From Promethearchaeota archaeon (lineage in GTDB: Archaea > Asgardarchaeota > Lokiarchaeia > Sigyniarchaeales > SOKP01), in the NCBI GenBank assembly GCA_016839705.1, contig JAEOTR010000071.1, positions 1 to 22,226 on the forward strand: DNA of 22,226 bases. The letters are read 5' to 3'. Position 1 is the stretch's first letter, and each line of letters opens with the position of its first letter. Position numbers and translations under genes: made by a program. The notes beneath the pieces are model-generated. The model was given only the letters and a program-made list of their open reading frames with translations, made no database searches and was not told the origin of the DNA. This document shows positions 7,420-16,704 of the stretch, in pieces.

Positions 7420-8799
7420 CTAAAAATCGTTCAGAGCAAGTTTTATTCTTTTTATTAATTCTGGGATTTTCGAAAGATCTATTGAACAATAAGCAATACG
7501 GATACCGTTAATTTGTTCATCTAATTTTTCCATAGGTATGATTCCTACTTTATATTTTCTTAAGAGATGATCTCCGAATTCATTAGCCTTTATTTTTTTT
7601 GGGTTCAAATTTAAAAACAGGAAAAATCCTCCTGAGTTAGGATCGATTGAGATGTTAGGATCATCGATTTTGGCAAGTTCTGCATTTATCATTTCGTACC
7701 TCTCTCTAAGTAGCTCTTTCACTTTTGTTCTTGAGGCGAGAATTTTATCAATTCCCTTTTCTTTGAACAATTTTTGAGTTAACGCTTGGTAGAAATGATT
7801 GCAATTTGAAATTGTGGCTCGAGTAAATCCTTCCAATTTATTCTCTATCTCCTTTTTCAATAATTCTAGTTCTTGATCATTATCGACCCATTTTGATTTT
7901 AAGCCTAAAGTAATAAATCCAATCCTTCCTCCGTACATTAACAGTTCTTTCGTAACACCATCCAGTTTTATGGGGATAATATCTTCTTCTAACTGAAGCA
8001 GATCATAGAAGATAGAACGATTTATCGAATCACTACTGTAAACATAAGGTTCATACGCATCATCAACTATGACCACAATTGGTTTATTATGCTTTCTTTG
8101 TTGTCTTTGTAAGAGCAATACGATTTCTTTACCTTCTTCTTTAGAGGGAACATATCCTGTAGGATTATTCGGGAAGTTTAAAATTATAATAATCTTTTCC
8201 TGAACGCTTACAACTTCATTTATTGCTAGTTCTAAGCTCTCAAGATCAATGTTTTGTTCATTAAAGAAAGTAAACGATTTTATTTTAGCTCCTATATACT
8301 TCTTAATAATATTATCATAATTTCCCCATCTCTTATTTGGAGCTATAATAAATTCTCCTGGATTGAGGAATAAAGAGCTACATTGGAAGATTCCATTAGT
8401 AACACCCGCGGTAATTATCGGTGTCGTAATCTGTTTCTCTAGTTTCTCTATCAAATCTTTTTCCTTAATTTCATCAAGTTGTGATTTCTTAAGTACCCAA
8501 TCTTTCCAAATTTCTCGCGTTTCATTTAATCCCCCAATTGAAACATAAGGGACAACATCTTGAATACTTACGTTAAAGTACTCTGAAATTTCAGTAAGGT
8601 AACATGGCATCCAATCCGAACTCCCACCATCAACAAAATCTTTTTCATACCCAAATGCAGAGCCTATTGTCCCAATAATTTCAGCTTCCTTTTTTGCTCT
8701 CCCAGCCCAATAAAAAATTCCATCAGGTAAAAAAATTCTTTTCCCTAGTTCTGAAAAAGCGTTATATAAAGGTGTTTTTTGCAGATATGTAAATTCCAT
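7420..8799 (-). CDS. PLP-dependent aminotransferase class I/II
   Basis: NFPNNPTG, DDAY, DGVTK...GGRIG (Schiff-base Lys), GGFF, IRIAY. Confidence 0.93.
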   Translation of the reverse strand: MEFTYLQKTPLYNAFSELGKRIFLPDGIFYWAGRAKKEAEIIGTIGSAFGYEKDFVDGGSSDWMPCYLTEISEYFNVSIQDVVPYVSIGGLNETREIWKDWVLKKSQLDEIKEKDLIEKLEKQITTPIITAGVTNGIFQCSSLFLNPGEFIIAPNKRWGNYDNIIKKYIGAKIKSFTFFNEQNIDLESLELAINEVVSVQEKIIIILNFPNNPTGYVPSKEEGKEIVLLLQRQQRKHNKPIVVIVDDAYEPYVYSSDSINRSIFYDLLQLEEDIIPIKLDGVTKELLMYGGRIGFITLGLKSKWVDNDQELELLKKEIENKLEGFTRATISNCNHFYQALTQKLFKEKGIDKILASRTKVKELLRERYEMINAELAKIDDPNISIDPNSGGFFLFLNLNPKKIKANEFGDHLLRKYKVGIIPMEKLDEQINGIRIAYCSIDLSKIPELIKRIKLALNDF

Positions 8800-8913
8800 A
8801 ATTATCTCATAAATTATTTTGAAAGCAATCGAAAACTTATCTAATATTAAATAAGGATTATAAATGAAATTAATTTACTGAATTTAAATACTAAAAAATA
8901 TTAAAGAAAAAAT

Positions 8914-9390
8914 ATGACCGAAGAGGATAATTTAAAAGAACCAGAAAAGAAAGAGCATGGTGAAAAACCATTCCAAAAAGGGTGGGGTAACTTTGTAGAT
9001 GGAATTAAAGGTGGTTTTGATAAATTTCAACAATCTTTAGAAAACCAATCAAAGAAAAATAAAGAAGCATGGGAAGAAAATAAGGATAAGTTCAATAAAT
9101 TCTTTAAAGATGCGAAACACGACTGGGATTCTAAAATTAAAGAATGGAATGCTGATATGGAGAAAAGACAAATAGAATCAAAAGAACAATGGGAAGCCCA
9201 TAAAAGTAAGGTTAGTCAGGATTTCAAACAGTGGCAGGAAAAAACAAAACAAGATTGGAAGGAGGGGGTTGCAACATTCAGAAAGGGATTTTTTAAAGCG
9301 TACCTTTGGTTTTGGGCACTGACACTCCCTATTCTTATCGTGGTTATTATTGTTATCGTACTTGTAGTTGGTATATTGCCCTCATACTAA
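8914..9390 (+). CDS. tail-anchored protein with 11-mer amphipathic (apolipoprotein/perilipin-like) helix
   Basis: Aromatic/hydrophobic residues at 11-residue spacing; single C-terminal TM (LWFWALTLPILIVVIIVIVLVVGIL) with a 3-aa tail. Confidence 0.8.
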   Translation: MTEEDNLKEPEKKEHGEKPFQKGWGNFVDGIKGGFDKFQQSLENQSKKNKEAWEENKDKFNKFFKDAKHDWDSKIKEWNADMEKRQIESKEQWEAHKSKVSQDFKQWQEKTKQDWKEGVATFRKGFFKAYLWFWALTLPILIVVIIVIVLVVGILPSY

Positions 9391-9410
9391 AGATAAGAAT
9401 TAACTCAATT

Positions 9411-10070
9411 ATGATTGATATCTTCGTCTTTTCCTTCCTGGTCGCCCTAACAGGGGCATTAACACCAGGCCCCCTACTGACATTCACGATATATAAATCC
9501 CTAAAACAAAAAAAGGGATATCTTGCCGGAATCTTCATAATCTTAGGGCACGCAACAATAGAATTCATTCTAATTCTTATTTTGCTAGCTGGTGCATCTT
9601 TCTTTTTTCAGAATATAATATTCTTAACTTTAATCGGGATAATAGGAGGAATATTTCTAATAATTTTCGGATTTTTAGTTGTTAGAGATACATTAAAGGC
9701 AGATTTAAGTGTAGATTTCAACATTGAGGATAATAACCTTAAAGGATATAAGGGAAATAGTTTTGTCGGAGGTATTATTGTTAGTATGAGTAATCCATAT
9801 TGGACTTTTTGGTGGGCGGTAATTGGATTAGGATTTCTGGTTAATTTTAATATAACATTTGCAACCCCAATTGGGCTCTTGCTTTTCTTTATAGGGCATG
9901 AGTTAGGAGACATAGTTTGGTATCTGCCTATTTCAACTTTTGTATATCTTGGGGGGAAATCCTTAAATCCTAAAATCTATAAGTATGTGTTAATCGTGTG
10001 CGCAGGATTTATGATGGTTTTTGGATTATATTTAATTTTGAATGTTCTTATTTCTCCCCCCCAAGTATGA
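9411..10070 (+). CDS. LysE/RhtB-family translocator
   Basis: ALTPGP, GHATIE, SNPYWTFWW motifs; about 6 TM. Start moved to ATG 9411 to avoid overlapping the previous gene. Confidence 0.9.
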   Translation: MIDIFVFSFLVALTGALTPGPLLTFTIYKSLKQKKGYLAGIFIILGHATIEFILILILLAGASFFFQNIIFLTLIGIIGGIFLIIFGFLVVRDTLKADLSVDFNIEDNNLKGYKGNSFVGGIIVSMSNPYWTFWWAVIGLGFLVNFNITFATPIGLLLFFIGHELGDIVWYLPISTFVYLGGKSLNPKIYKYVLIVCAGFMMVFGLYLILNVLISPPQV

Positions 10071-10153
10071 TCTAAATAATATTTATATATTTTAGCTTTC
10101 ATATTTTCTAATTACCAAGCTATCGACCTTTTTATTTGCCATCTCTGATTATT

Positions 10154-10420
10154 ATGAAAAAGAATTTTATGAATACTGAAACTCGCGCATTTTTAATTCG
10201 GAAACTCTTAACAGTTTGTCCAGTATGTCAGAAACGAATTTATGGGAAAGATATTGACATATTGAAAATTGATAAAAAAAAAATTAGTCATTGGCCATTA
10301 AGATACATTCACTGTCATACTAACAATAATGTACCATTCCATGCCTTAACTATTTATTTAGATAATAATTTTGCCGTGCGTGGAAATGAAGTTTCTAATT
10401 TTATAAAAATAGAAAACTAA
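10154..10420 (+). CDS. small putative Zn-binding protein (CxxC...HCH...H...YLDNNFAVRG)
   Basis: CPVC, YIHCH, FHALTIYLDNNFAVRGNE. Start uncertain (TTG 10136, ATG 10154 or ATG 10169). Confidence 0.75.
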   Translation: MKKNFMNTETRAFLIRKLLTVCPVCQKRIYGKDIDILKIDKKKISHWPLRYIHCHTNNNVPFHALTIYLDNNFAVRGNEVSNFIKIEN

Positions 10421-10478
10421 TCAGATGACACATTCGACAAGAATTTTGTTTTAAAAAGCAGGACGCTACACAGAGATA
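10358..10478. repeat. left boundary repeat: intact 3' end of the 10154..10420 gene plus a decayed copy of the RING gene 3' region
   Basis: 10358-10420 matches 13851-13905; 10426-10478 matches 13977-14029 (45/53 identical, gapless, hand count). Confidence 0.85.
10426..10478 (-). pseudogene. decayed fragment of the RING-finger coding region
   Basis: Minus-strand translation YLCVASCFLKQNSCRMC versus YLCVAFWLSKYNSCPMC in 13907..15982. Confidence 0.85.
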
Positions 10479-10524
10479 CCTCAGAAAGGTTAAAATAATA
10501 GCTTTATCCTTGGTAAAATTATTA

Positions 10525-11772
10525 TCAAGATTTCTTAAAAATTAGAATTAGAAAGTATATAAGAATTGATATAAGTGATAGAAGACCAAGCAGTAGCAAT
10601 AGATTATAAGCAAGAATGACTGGTTTTTCATCACCTTCACCATAAGTACAAGAACCGTTATCACTAAACTTATTTCCTCGACAATTTTCTTCTGCGATGC
10701 ATTGTTCATTTCCCAGTAATGTGTTTCCCGAGAAGATGTTGTAACAACTTTCTGTTAAATATATCCCATAGCTATTATTATTTGCCGTGTTTCCCGAGAT
10801 GATGCTGGAATTACTTTGTGTTAAATATAACCCATAGCTATTATTATTTGCCGTGTTTCCCGAAATGGTGGTATATCTACCTCTATCATAATATATCCCA
10901 TAACTATTATTATTTACCGTGTTTCCTGAAATGGTGTTATAACCTTCAAAAGCTAAATGTATCCCATGATTATTATTATATACCATGTTTCCTGAAATTG
11001 TGTTATAACTATCAAAAGCTAAATATATCCCATGATCATTATTATATGCCGTGTTTCCCGAAATGGTGTTATAACTACAAGAATGAGAATATATCCCAAC
11101 TGCATTGCTATTTTTTAAAACATTTGTTGAAATATTGTTAAAAAAACATAAATATACCATAATGCCAAAATTAGTATTACTATTCACAGTGTTTCCAGAG
11201 ATAATATTATTATTACTATTGCCTAAGCGTATACCGATCCAAGAGTTGTTATTTACTATATTCTCCGAGATGGTGTTATTATCACTAGACTGGAGAAGTA
11301 TTCCTACCCAATTTGAGGAACAATTGTTATTAATTAATTGAGCATTATCAACGTTTAATAATCTGATTCCCCCACTATCGAAGGGATCCGGCGGCATCCA
11401 GCCTGCTGCATTGTAGAGTGTGCAATTTTCTATCCTAAAGTACACATCCGAATTTTCAATAAATATGCCACTTCCCCAACCCCCAGCATCTATCACCAAA
11501 TCTTCTATGACATATGGCTCTGAATAAGTGCCATTCCCTGTACAATTTCCCGCAATTTCAAAGGCAGACCACCCAGAATTACCATCTATATGTATTTTTC
11601 CCGATACAACTGAAATTTTTAAATTATTATGATCGAATTCATCATTGTAATTTGAAGTTATATCGCGATTTCTGGCAGTAAACATTAAAGTATTGATAAA
11701 AATAGGTGATAAAGCGAAATACATTCCTAGAGTTATTAAAATTATTATTTTTATTTTTAGAATTGCTCTCAT
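10525..11772 (-). CDS. secreted/membrane-anchored right-handed parallel beta-helix (NosD/CASH-like) repeat protein
   Basis: N-terminal hydrophobic signal, GNGTYSEPYVIEDLVID motif, 22-aa repeats such as NTISGNTAYNNDHGIYL, C-terminal TM plus KKS. Start placed at ATG 11772 (MRAILK). Confidence 0.88.
   Translation of the reverse strand: MRAILKIKIIILITLGMYFALSPIFINTLMFTARNRDITSNYNDEFDHNNLKISVVSGKIHIDGNSGWSAFEIAGNCTGNGTYSEPYVIEDLVIDAGGWGSGIFIENSDVYFRIENCTLYNAAGWMPPDPFDSGGIRLLNVDNAQLINNNCSSNWVGILLQSSDNNTISENIVNNNSWIGIRLGNSNNNIISGNTVNSNTNFGIMVYLCFFNNISTNVLKNSNAVGIYSHSCSYNTISGNTAYNNDHGIYLAFDSYNTISGNMVYNNNHGIHLAFEGYNTISGNTVNNNSYGIYYDRGRYTTISGNTANNNSYGLYLTQSNSSIISGNTANNNSYGIYLTESCYNIFSGNTLLGNEQCIAEENCRGNKFSDNGSCTYGEGDEKPVILAYNLLLLLGLLSLISILIYFLILIFKKS
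10721..11116. repeat. 66-bp coding tandem repeat (22-aa beta-helix coils)
   Basis: (G/A)TGTTTCC at 10721, 10787, 10853, 10919, 10985 and 11051; more degenerate 69-bp units continue to about 11300. Confidence 0.85.
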
Positions 11773-12350
11773 TTTAATTTCGCCAAAAGTGTATAAATTC
11801 TTATATTGACTAATGATCGTTGAATATTTAAGATTTTTGTCAATTAGGTGTGATTTTTTAATTATATTAAATTGGAAATATGCCAAACCAAAAAACCAAC
11901 TTGGCTTAAAGAAAGATATGGCAAAACAAAAATTTAAAGGAAAGGAGAGAAACTTACTTTAAAATAATAGTACCCGCTTTTCTTAAGGATTTCTTTATTT
12001 TTTTACATATAATGATTCGTCCCAAATTTAATGAAAATTTGGATGGAAAGGTAAATTCAGAGTCTGATTTCAATGAAAATTCTATGGAAAAATTTTAGAT
12101 GATAAGAGACCTGAATTTGTATATAAATAAAACCCAAAAATCTTTTTTTAAAAAGGGGCATGTCTTAAGTATTAAAAAATCATCTCTTCTTTACTTTATG
12201 ATGAAAATTCAGTGTATTAGACATAAAAGTCAAAAGACTTATATGTGAAAAAGAATTTCATATTTATATTCAATCTAGTCTTCATTCTCATCATCTTATA
12301 AGTTTGGGTTGCACTAATAATAATAATTTAACTCCTGATATGTATCTGAT

Positions 12351-13409
12351 ATGTCAAGAAAAAGCCAGAATAAATTTGTATGGATAAATCTTTCATTTCT
12401 AGCTTTAATTCTTGGAACAGCTGGGATTCTACCAGGATGGCTTCTTATAACCAGATTAGATTCAGGTGAGTATTGGACAAGAATAACTCCTGAATTAGTA
12501 CAAATGGACTCAGAGGTATTGGATGATATGATTAATGATGTTGAAAATCACGATTATGATGTTTATAGCATAATAGTAATAAGAGATGGTTTTATCGTAA
12601 CCGAATGGTATGAAGAATATTATGGAAAAAACTCTCTTTTTCAAATATATTCAGCTTCTAAAAGTGTTACATCTGCTTTAATAGGAATTGCAATTGATAA
12701 GGGTTTTATAGATGGTGTAAATGAATTAGTTCTGGATTTTTTCCCTGATAAAAATATTTCTAATCTTGATCCTCGAAAGGAATCTATGACAATTGAACAC
12801 TTGTTAACTATGACTACGGGTTTACATTGGCCAGAGAATTATCCTTATTCGGATCCTCGAAAAATTACCCATGAATTGAGAGCAAGCGATGATTGGGTTC
12901 AATTCGTGCTTGATAGACAAATGATTTTTGCTCCTGGACTTGTTTTTAATTATAATACAGGTGCCTCACATTTATTAACAGCAATTTTAGAGAGAGCAAC
13001 TAATATGTCTACTTTAGATTTTGCCAATAAATACTTATTCGGTCCGTTATCTATTAAAGATGCATTTTGGATGGTAGACCCACAAGGAGTAGCCCAAGGC
13101 GGTAATGGTCTTATGATTAAACCACGAGATATGGCAAAAATTGGTTATTTATTTCTTAAAGAAGGTAGGTGGGAGGGAAAGCGGATTATTTCATCAAGCT
13201 GGATTAGATCATCAACCACTTCAAAAATTATAGTTGAATACGGCTATCAATGGTGGATTAGACCTGAAGAAGATTTATATAAAGCAAGAGGAGTTGGAGG
13301 ACAACAAATTAATGTTTTTTATAAGAAAGAGTTAATTGTAGTTTTCACAGGTAGGAATGGTAATGGTGAATATTTAATTAATTCTTATATCTTACCAGCA
13401 ATAATGTAG
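12351..13409 (+). CDS. serine hydrolase, beta-lactamase class C/NylB-like family, N-terminal membrane anchor
   Basis: SASK (SxxK), LLTMTTG, FNYNT (Y-x-x), DMAKIG, YGYQWW, ARGVGGQ. Confidence 0.92.
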   Translation: MSRKSQNKFVWINLSFLALILGTAGILPGWLLITRLDSGEYWTRITPELVQMDSEVLDDMINDVENHDYDVYSIIVIRDGFIVTEWYEEYYGKNSLFQIYSASKSVTSALIGIAIDKGFIDGVNELVLDFFPDKNISNLDPRKESMTIEHLLTMTTGLHWPENYPYSDPRKITHELRASDDWVQFVLDRQMIFAPGLVFNYNTGASHLLTAILERATNMSTLDFANKYLFGPLSIKDAFWMVDPQGVAQGGNGLMIKPRDMAKIGYLFLKEGRWEGKRIISSSWIRSSTTSKIIVEYGYQWWIRPEEDLYKARGVGGQQINVFYKKELIVVFTGRNGNGEYLINSYILPAIM

Positions 13410-13446
13410 TTTGAATTCTAATAATTTTATGTGAGATAATAAAACC

Positions 13447-13842
13447 ATGGTAGAAATAACAAAACGTTTGAAAATCTTGTTGTTAATTAATGCGATTGTA
13501 GGCTTAATATTCGCCTTCTTATATCTAGCAATTTCACATATATATTTATCATTAATCCAATGGCCTTTTTATGATCCATATTATTCTTGGTCATTTGGTG
13601 GGACTTTACTAATTCTATCAATTTTTACATTATTAGCAATTAAAAGAACGGAATGGGAACAAATAAGAATTATTTTTGAGCTTGTAATAGCTTGGCAACT
13701 AACGATATTAATCCTAAATATTATAGGTTTAATCTTAATTCCTGCTCCAATAACATCATTAATAAGTACGTGGGCTAATAATTTCTTATTAATCATACTA
13801 ATTATCGCAAACCTCTACTTTTATACTAAACAGAAAATCTAA
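13447..13842 (+). CDS. small 4-TM membrane protein of unknown function
   Basis: Four hydrophobic segments; WPFYDPYY loop. Confidence 0.75.
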   Translation: MVEITKRLKILLLINAIVGLIFAFLYLAISHIYLSLIQWPFYDPYYSWSFGGTLLILSIFTLLAIKRTEWEQIRIIFELVIAWQLTILILNIIGLILIPAPITSLISTWANNFLLIILIIANLYFYTKQKI

Positions 13843-13850
13843 ATTTTTTT

Positions 13851-13905
13851 TTAGACAATAACTTCAGTGTACGAGGGTTTAAACTTTATAAAAATAGAAA
13901 ATTAA
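13851..13905 (+). pseudogene. frameshifted remnant of the 3' end of the 10154..10420 gene (part of right boundary repeat 13851-14029)
   Basis: Reads LDNNFSVRG, then an 8-bp deletion, then NFIKIEN*, versus LDNNFAVRGNEVSNFIKIEN*. Its TAA (13903-13905) is 1 nt from the RING gene stop. Confidence 0.85.
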
Positions 13906-13906
13906 C

Positions 13907-15982
13907 CTAGAATTTTTCCAACTCCTGATCTTCTTGTTCCTGATATAAATCTGAATGAGGTTCAAGAAAATGATTTTGACACATTGGACAAGAATTGTAT
14001 TTTGAAAGCCAAAACGCTACACAGAGATAATGATAAGTACTACCACAAAAAGGGCAAGTTATAACTTTATCTCTAGCAAAATTTAAGTGTTTATGGCAAA
14101 CTGTACATTGAACATCTGATTCTGTAACCCCTTTCCGAACTTTAACTCTATTTGATAGTATTGTTTCTAACTTCGATAATTCTATTTGGTAAAGGCCTAA
14201 AGAATTATTTAAATGATTAATTTTAGAATTAATTTCATTTATCCTTTCTCTCAACTCATCTTCGGTTAGTTTTTCTGCCAGAAATGATGATAAAGCAAAG
14301 TTTAAAGGTAATCCTTCAAAATTTTCTGTTTGTTCCGTTATCTCTGTAATCGTTGCAAAAAGAATCCCCTCCTTATCAATTAATTCCTTAAAACTTTTAA
14401 ATAACTTGTTTATTAAAAGAGAAATAAGAAAAGTTAGTTGCTGCCTTTTTCGATTAAAATTATCCTCCCACAATTTAATGATTTGATAAATATCAATATC
14501 ATTTGACTTGATTGAATCTAATCGTTTATACACATCATCTTTTATGATTTGAATTTTTGAATCATGTTCAGTTAAGATCTCTTTCACTTTTTTTAATTGA
14601 GGAAATTCTTCTCGAATAATAAGGGAGGTTTCATCCTCATAACTTCTGATTAAGTCGTTTATCTGTGAGATCTTTTCAGTAACAAATTTCCGTATACTAA
14701 CTCTTATCTCTTCATCTTTTACTGTTTTTATAAACGTTAAATATTCATTTTTTCTTCTAAAAATTTCAGAAGATAAATTTGAAAAGATCTTTTTTAATGA
14801 GTCTGTGATATTTTCATAGGGTACTAGATAATTTTCGAAAGTTAGAATCCAGTTTTCAATAGCTTCAATTTTCCCAGAGAATACCTCAATTTTTTGATAA
14901 TAGAAGTTTGCGATTTCCTCAAATTTTTCAGATTCAATTACATCCTGTATTTTTTCTTGGAAATTCTTTTCTAATCCTTTAATATATAAATCAACAATTT
15001 TCGGTAAGAAATTGCTAATTTTTTGTTGTTTGAGAGAATTAATGTCTAAACCTTTTAAATCGTCTTTTAAGTCAAAATCTCCTAATTCGCTAAAGATATT
15101 TTCCAATTTATCAAATATTACATCTATTAGTAAAGGATTTACGAATTTTTGCAATTTCTGAATTACTTCTTTTCTCTCAAGAATATTGATGAATTCATCT
15201 CCTTGGTATAGCTCAAATCCGTTATTTACATATAATAGATAAATTAAATCAGAATAGTAATTAATTTGTTTTTCATCTTTCGATAAATAATATTGATATA
15301 TTTCGTCAAAATGAAATGTTCTAATATTTTCCTTCATTGCCTTTTTTATCTTTTTAGTAAAAACTTCATTTAAGCTAATAATAAATGCTTCAAGTTCCTT
15401 ATATTCATCCCAATTATCCAATTCATGGGGTAAATTATTTAGTTTGAAATTAAGGTTCATAATTTTATTAACTTCAATCCAGAGAAATACTTCATCATTG
15501 TAGAGATTAACACTTTCTTTCAAGGAGTTTATCACATTTGAAGCAATATCATTACTCTGATGTAGCAAATTTTTCGTTATAGATAATAAGCTATCTAAAT
15601 GAGGATAACCATTCTTTGTAATTCTCTTTATATTGGAACAATTTGAATTTAAATTTTGTAGACTTTCTATTACACGATTTAGCTCTTTAAGAATTCGTGA
15701 TTTCAAATGAAAATGAAGATCATTTTTAACAATAGACGTTGATCCTATTATGTACAAACCAAAAAATGATTTTATTTTAATTAAATAATCAGAATAGAGC
15801 TCAAGAACATTGTTTGAGACATCTAATTTGATTATTATATAATCATATATTTCTGAAGCATCTGCTTTATCGGATTTTAGTTTGTTTAAGGTTTGCTTTA
15901 TCTCGGTTATTTCTTCTTTATTGAAACTTGATATCTTCCCATCATCATTAAAATTATTGTTGAATAGATTCATTGAGCTCAA
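13907..15982 (-). CDS. helical/coiled-coil protein with C-terminal C4HC3 RING finger; putative E3 ligase
   Basis: CTVC-x13-CPFC-x4-HYLC-(VAFW)-CPMC with the conserved Trp after the sixth ligand; preceding coiled coil ELRERINEINSKINHLNNSL. Start TTG 15982 or ATG 15973. Confidence 0.85.
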   Translation of the reverse strand: MSSMNLFNNNFNDDGKISSFNKEEITEIKQTLNKLKSDKADASEIYDYIIIKLDVSNNVLELYSDYLIKIKSFFGLYIIGSTSIVKNDLHFHLKSRILKELNRVIESLQNLNSNCSNIKRITKNGYPHLDSLLSITKNLLHQSNDIASNVINSLKESVNLYNDEVFLWIEVNKIMNLNFKLNNLPHELDNWDEYKELEAFIISLNEVFTKKIKKAMKENIRTFHFDEIYQYYLSKDEKQINYYSDLIYLLYVNNGFELYQGDEFINILERKEVIQKLQKFVNPLLIDVIFDKLENIFSELGDFDLKDDLKGLDINSLKQQKISNFLPKIVDLYIKGLEKNFQEKIQDVIESEKFEEIANFYYQKIEVFSGKIEAIENWILTFENYLVPYENITDSLKKIFSNLSSEIFRRKNEYLTFIKTVKDEEIRVSIRKFVTEKISQINDLIRSYEDETSLIIREEFPQLKKVKEILTEHDSKIQIIKDDVYKRLDSIKSNDIDIYQIIKLWEDNFNRKRQQLTFLISLLINKLFKSFKELIDKEGILFATITEITEQTENFEGLPLNFALSSFLAEKLTEDELRERINEINSKINHLNNSLGLYQIELSKLETILSNRVKVRKGVTESDVQCTVCHKHLNFARDKVITCPFCGSTYHYLCVAFWLSKYNSCPMCQNHFLEPHSDLYQEQEDQELEKF

Positions 15983-16086
15983 ACCCTATATTAGTCACAT
16001 GGTACATTATAAAAGAAAGAAGTCATACAATAAATTATTAATGACATAAAGGTAATCTCTAAATTTTTAGAAAAAGAAATAAAATT

Positions 16087-16704
16087 TTATTCTCCTACTT
16101 CCGTTATTTCAATGTATTTTTCCTTAGCCCCAGTCTTAGTGATTGTTAAAATATCTATACCGTTACCAGACATGACATCTCGAGCAATTGAATTCTGGAT
16201 TGCTTTTTCTACTAATTTTTCCCCTGCAGCTACTGTCATATTAGGTTTGTATTCTGCTTCTAAAATTCCATAAGAAAGTAGCATTCCTGTCCCTACAGCA
16301 CCATAATCATCAGGCATTAAACTTCCGATTTGATCTAAGGTGTATAATTCGGGTCCTTCCTTATCCATACCTGCGATTACTATGATTGACAATAAAGGTG
16401 CCATTTTTCTCGAATACAAATAATTACTTACCATTTTACCCATACTTCGTGTGGATATCGGTTCTCCAGCATCTAAAAGGTATAGATTTGCCTGCGCTCG
16501 TAAGATTTTTACTAAAATTTGGGAGTCTCCGATAAGTCCATAAGTAGCTAACCCTATATTCTCAGTAATTTTAAAGACCTTCCTTGTAGTCTTACTAATC
16601 ACGGTGTAACCCCACGTAGCTCTCCGATCACTCCCTAAAACCACACCATCCTTACACTTAATAGCAACCGATGCTGCACCTGGAACCATTATTTGTTGTG
16701 ACAT
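16087..16704 (-). CDS. psmB: 20S proteasome beta subunit, probably non-catalytic type
   Basis: KDGVVLGSDRR, KVFKI, GLIGD, LYTLD.IGS, GTG, RDVMSGNGID. The position of catalytic Thr1 reads PG/AASV instead of G/TTTV. Confidence 0.93.
   Translation of the reverse strand: MSQQIMVPGAASVAIKCKDGVVLGSDRRATWGYTVISKTTRKVFKITENIGLATYGLIGDSQILVKILRAQANLYLLDAGEPISTRSMGKMVSNYLYSRKMAPLLSIIVIAGMDKEGPELYTLDQIGSLMPDDYGAVGTGMLLSYGILEAEYKPNMTVAAGEKLVEKAIQNSIARDVMSGNGIDILTITKTGAKEKYIEITEVGE

Larger units (their letters stand above)
10479..13850. mobile_element. putative integrated 3.4-kb cassette (beta-helix protein, serine hydrolase, membrane protein) without integrase
   Basis: Bounded by degenerate direct repeats 10358-10478 and 13851-14029, which together reconstruct an ancestral tail-to-tail junction of the two flanking genes. 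Confidence 0.65.

Noticed and set aside
9306-9410. N-terminal extension of the LysE ORF
   Set aside because: Overlaps the tail-anchored gene; the LysE pattern begins at ATG 9411
5077-9913. ORFs 5077..5316, 5950..6186, 6435..6716, 7059..7250, 8363..8548, 9353..9568, 9608..9913
   Set aside because: All antisense to supported genes, with composition typical of shadow frames
10818-11341. Repetitive Cys/Tyr-rich + strand ORFs 10818..11141 and 11105..11341; also considered a CRISPR array here
   Set aside because: They are the antisense reading of the 66-bp beta-helix coding repeat; there are no identical repeats with unique spacers
11773-11886. N-terminal extension of the beta-helix ORF
   Set aside because: The signal-like hydrophobic segment follows ATG 11772; the upstream part looks like AT-rich promoter DNA
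11880-12215. Possible gene remnants (PTWLKERYGKTKI*) and ATGAAAATT repeats at 12031, 12073, 12201
   Set aside because: Too short to assign without a search and plausible by chance in AT-rich DNA
13581-13796. - strand 71-aa ORF
   Set aside because: Antisense shadow of the 4-TM gene
13907-15982. Naming the RING protein Bre1, Vps11/18 or SMC
   Set aside because: The ligand pattern (C4HC3) differs from Bre1 and there are no Walker motifs; the similarity is architectural only
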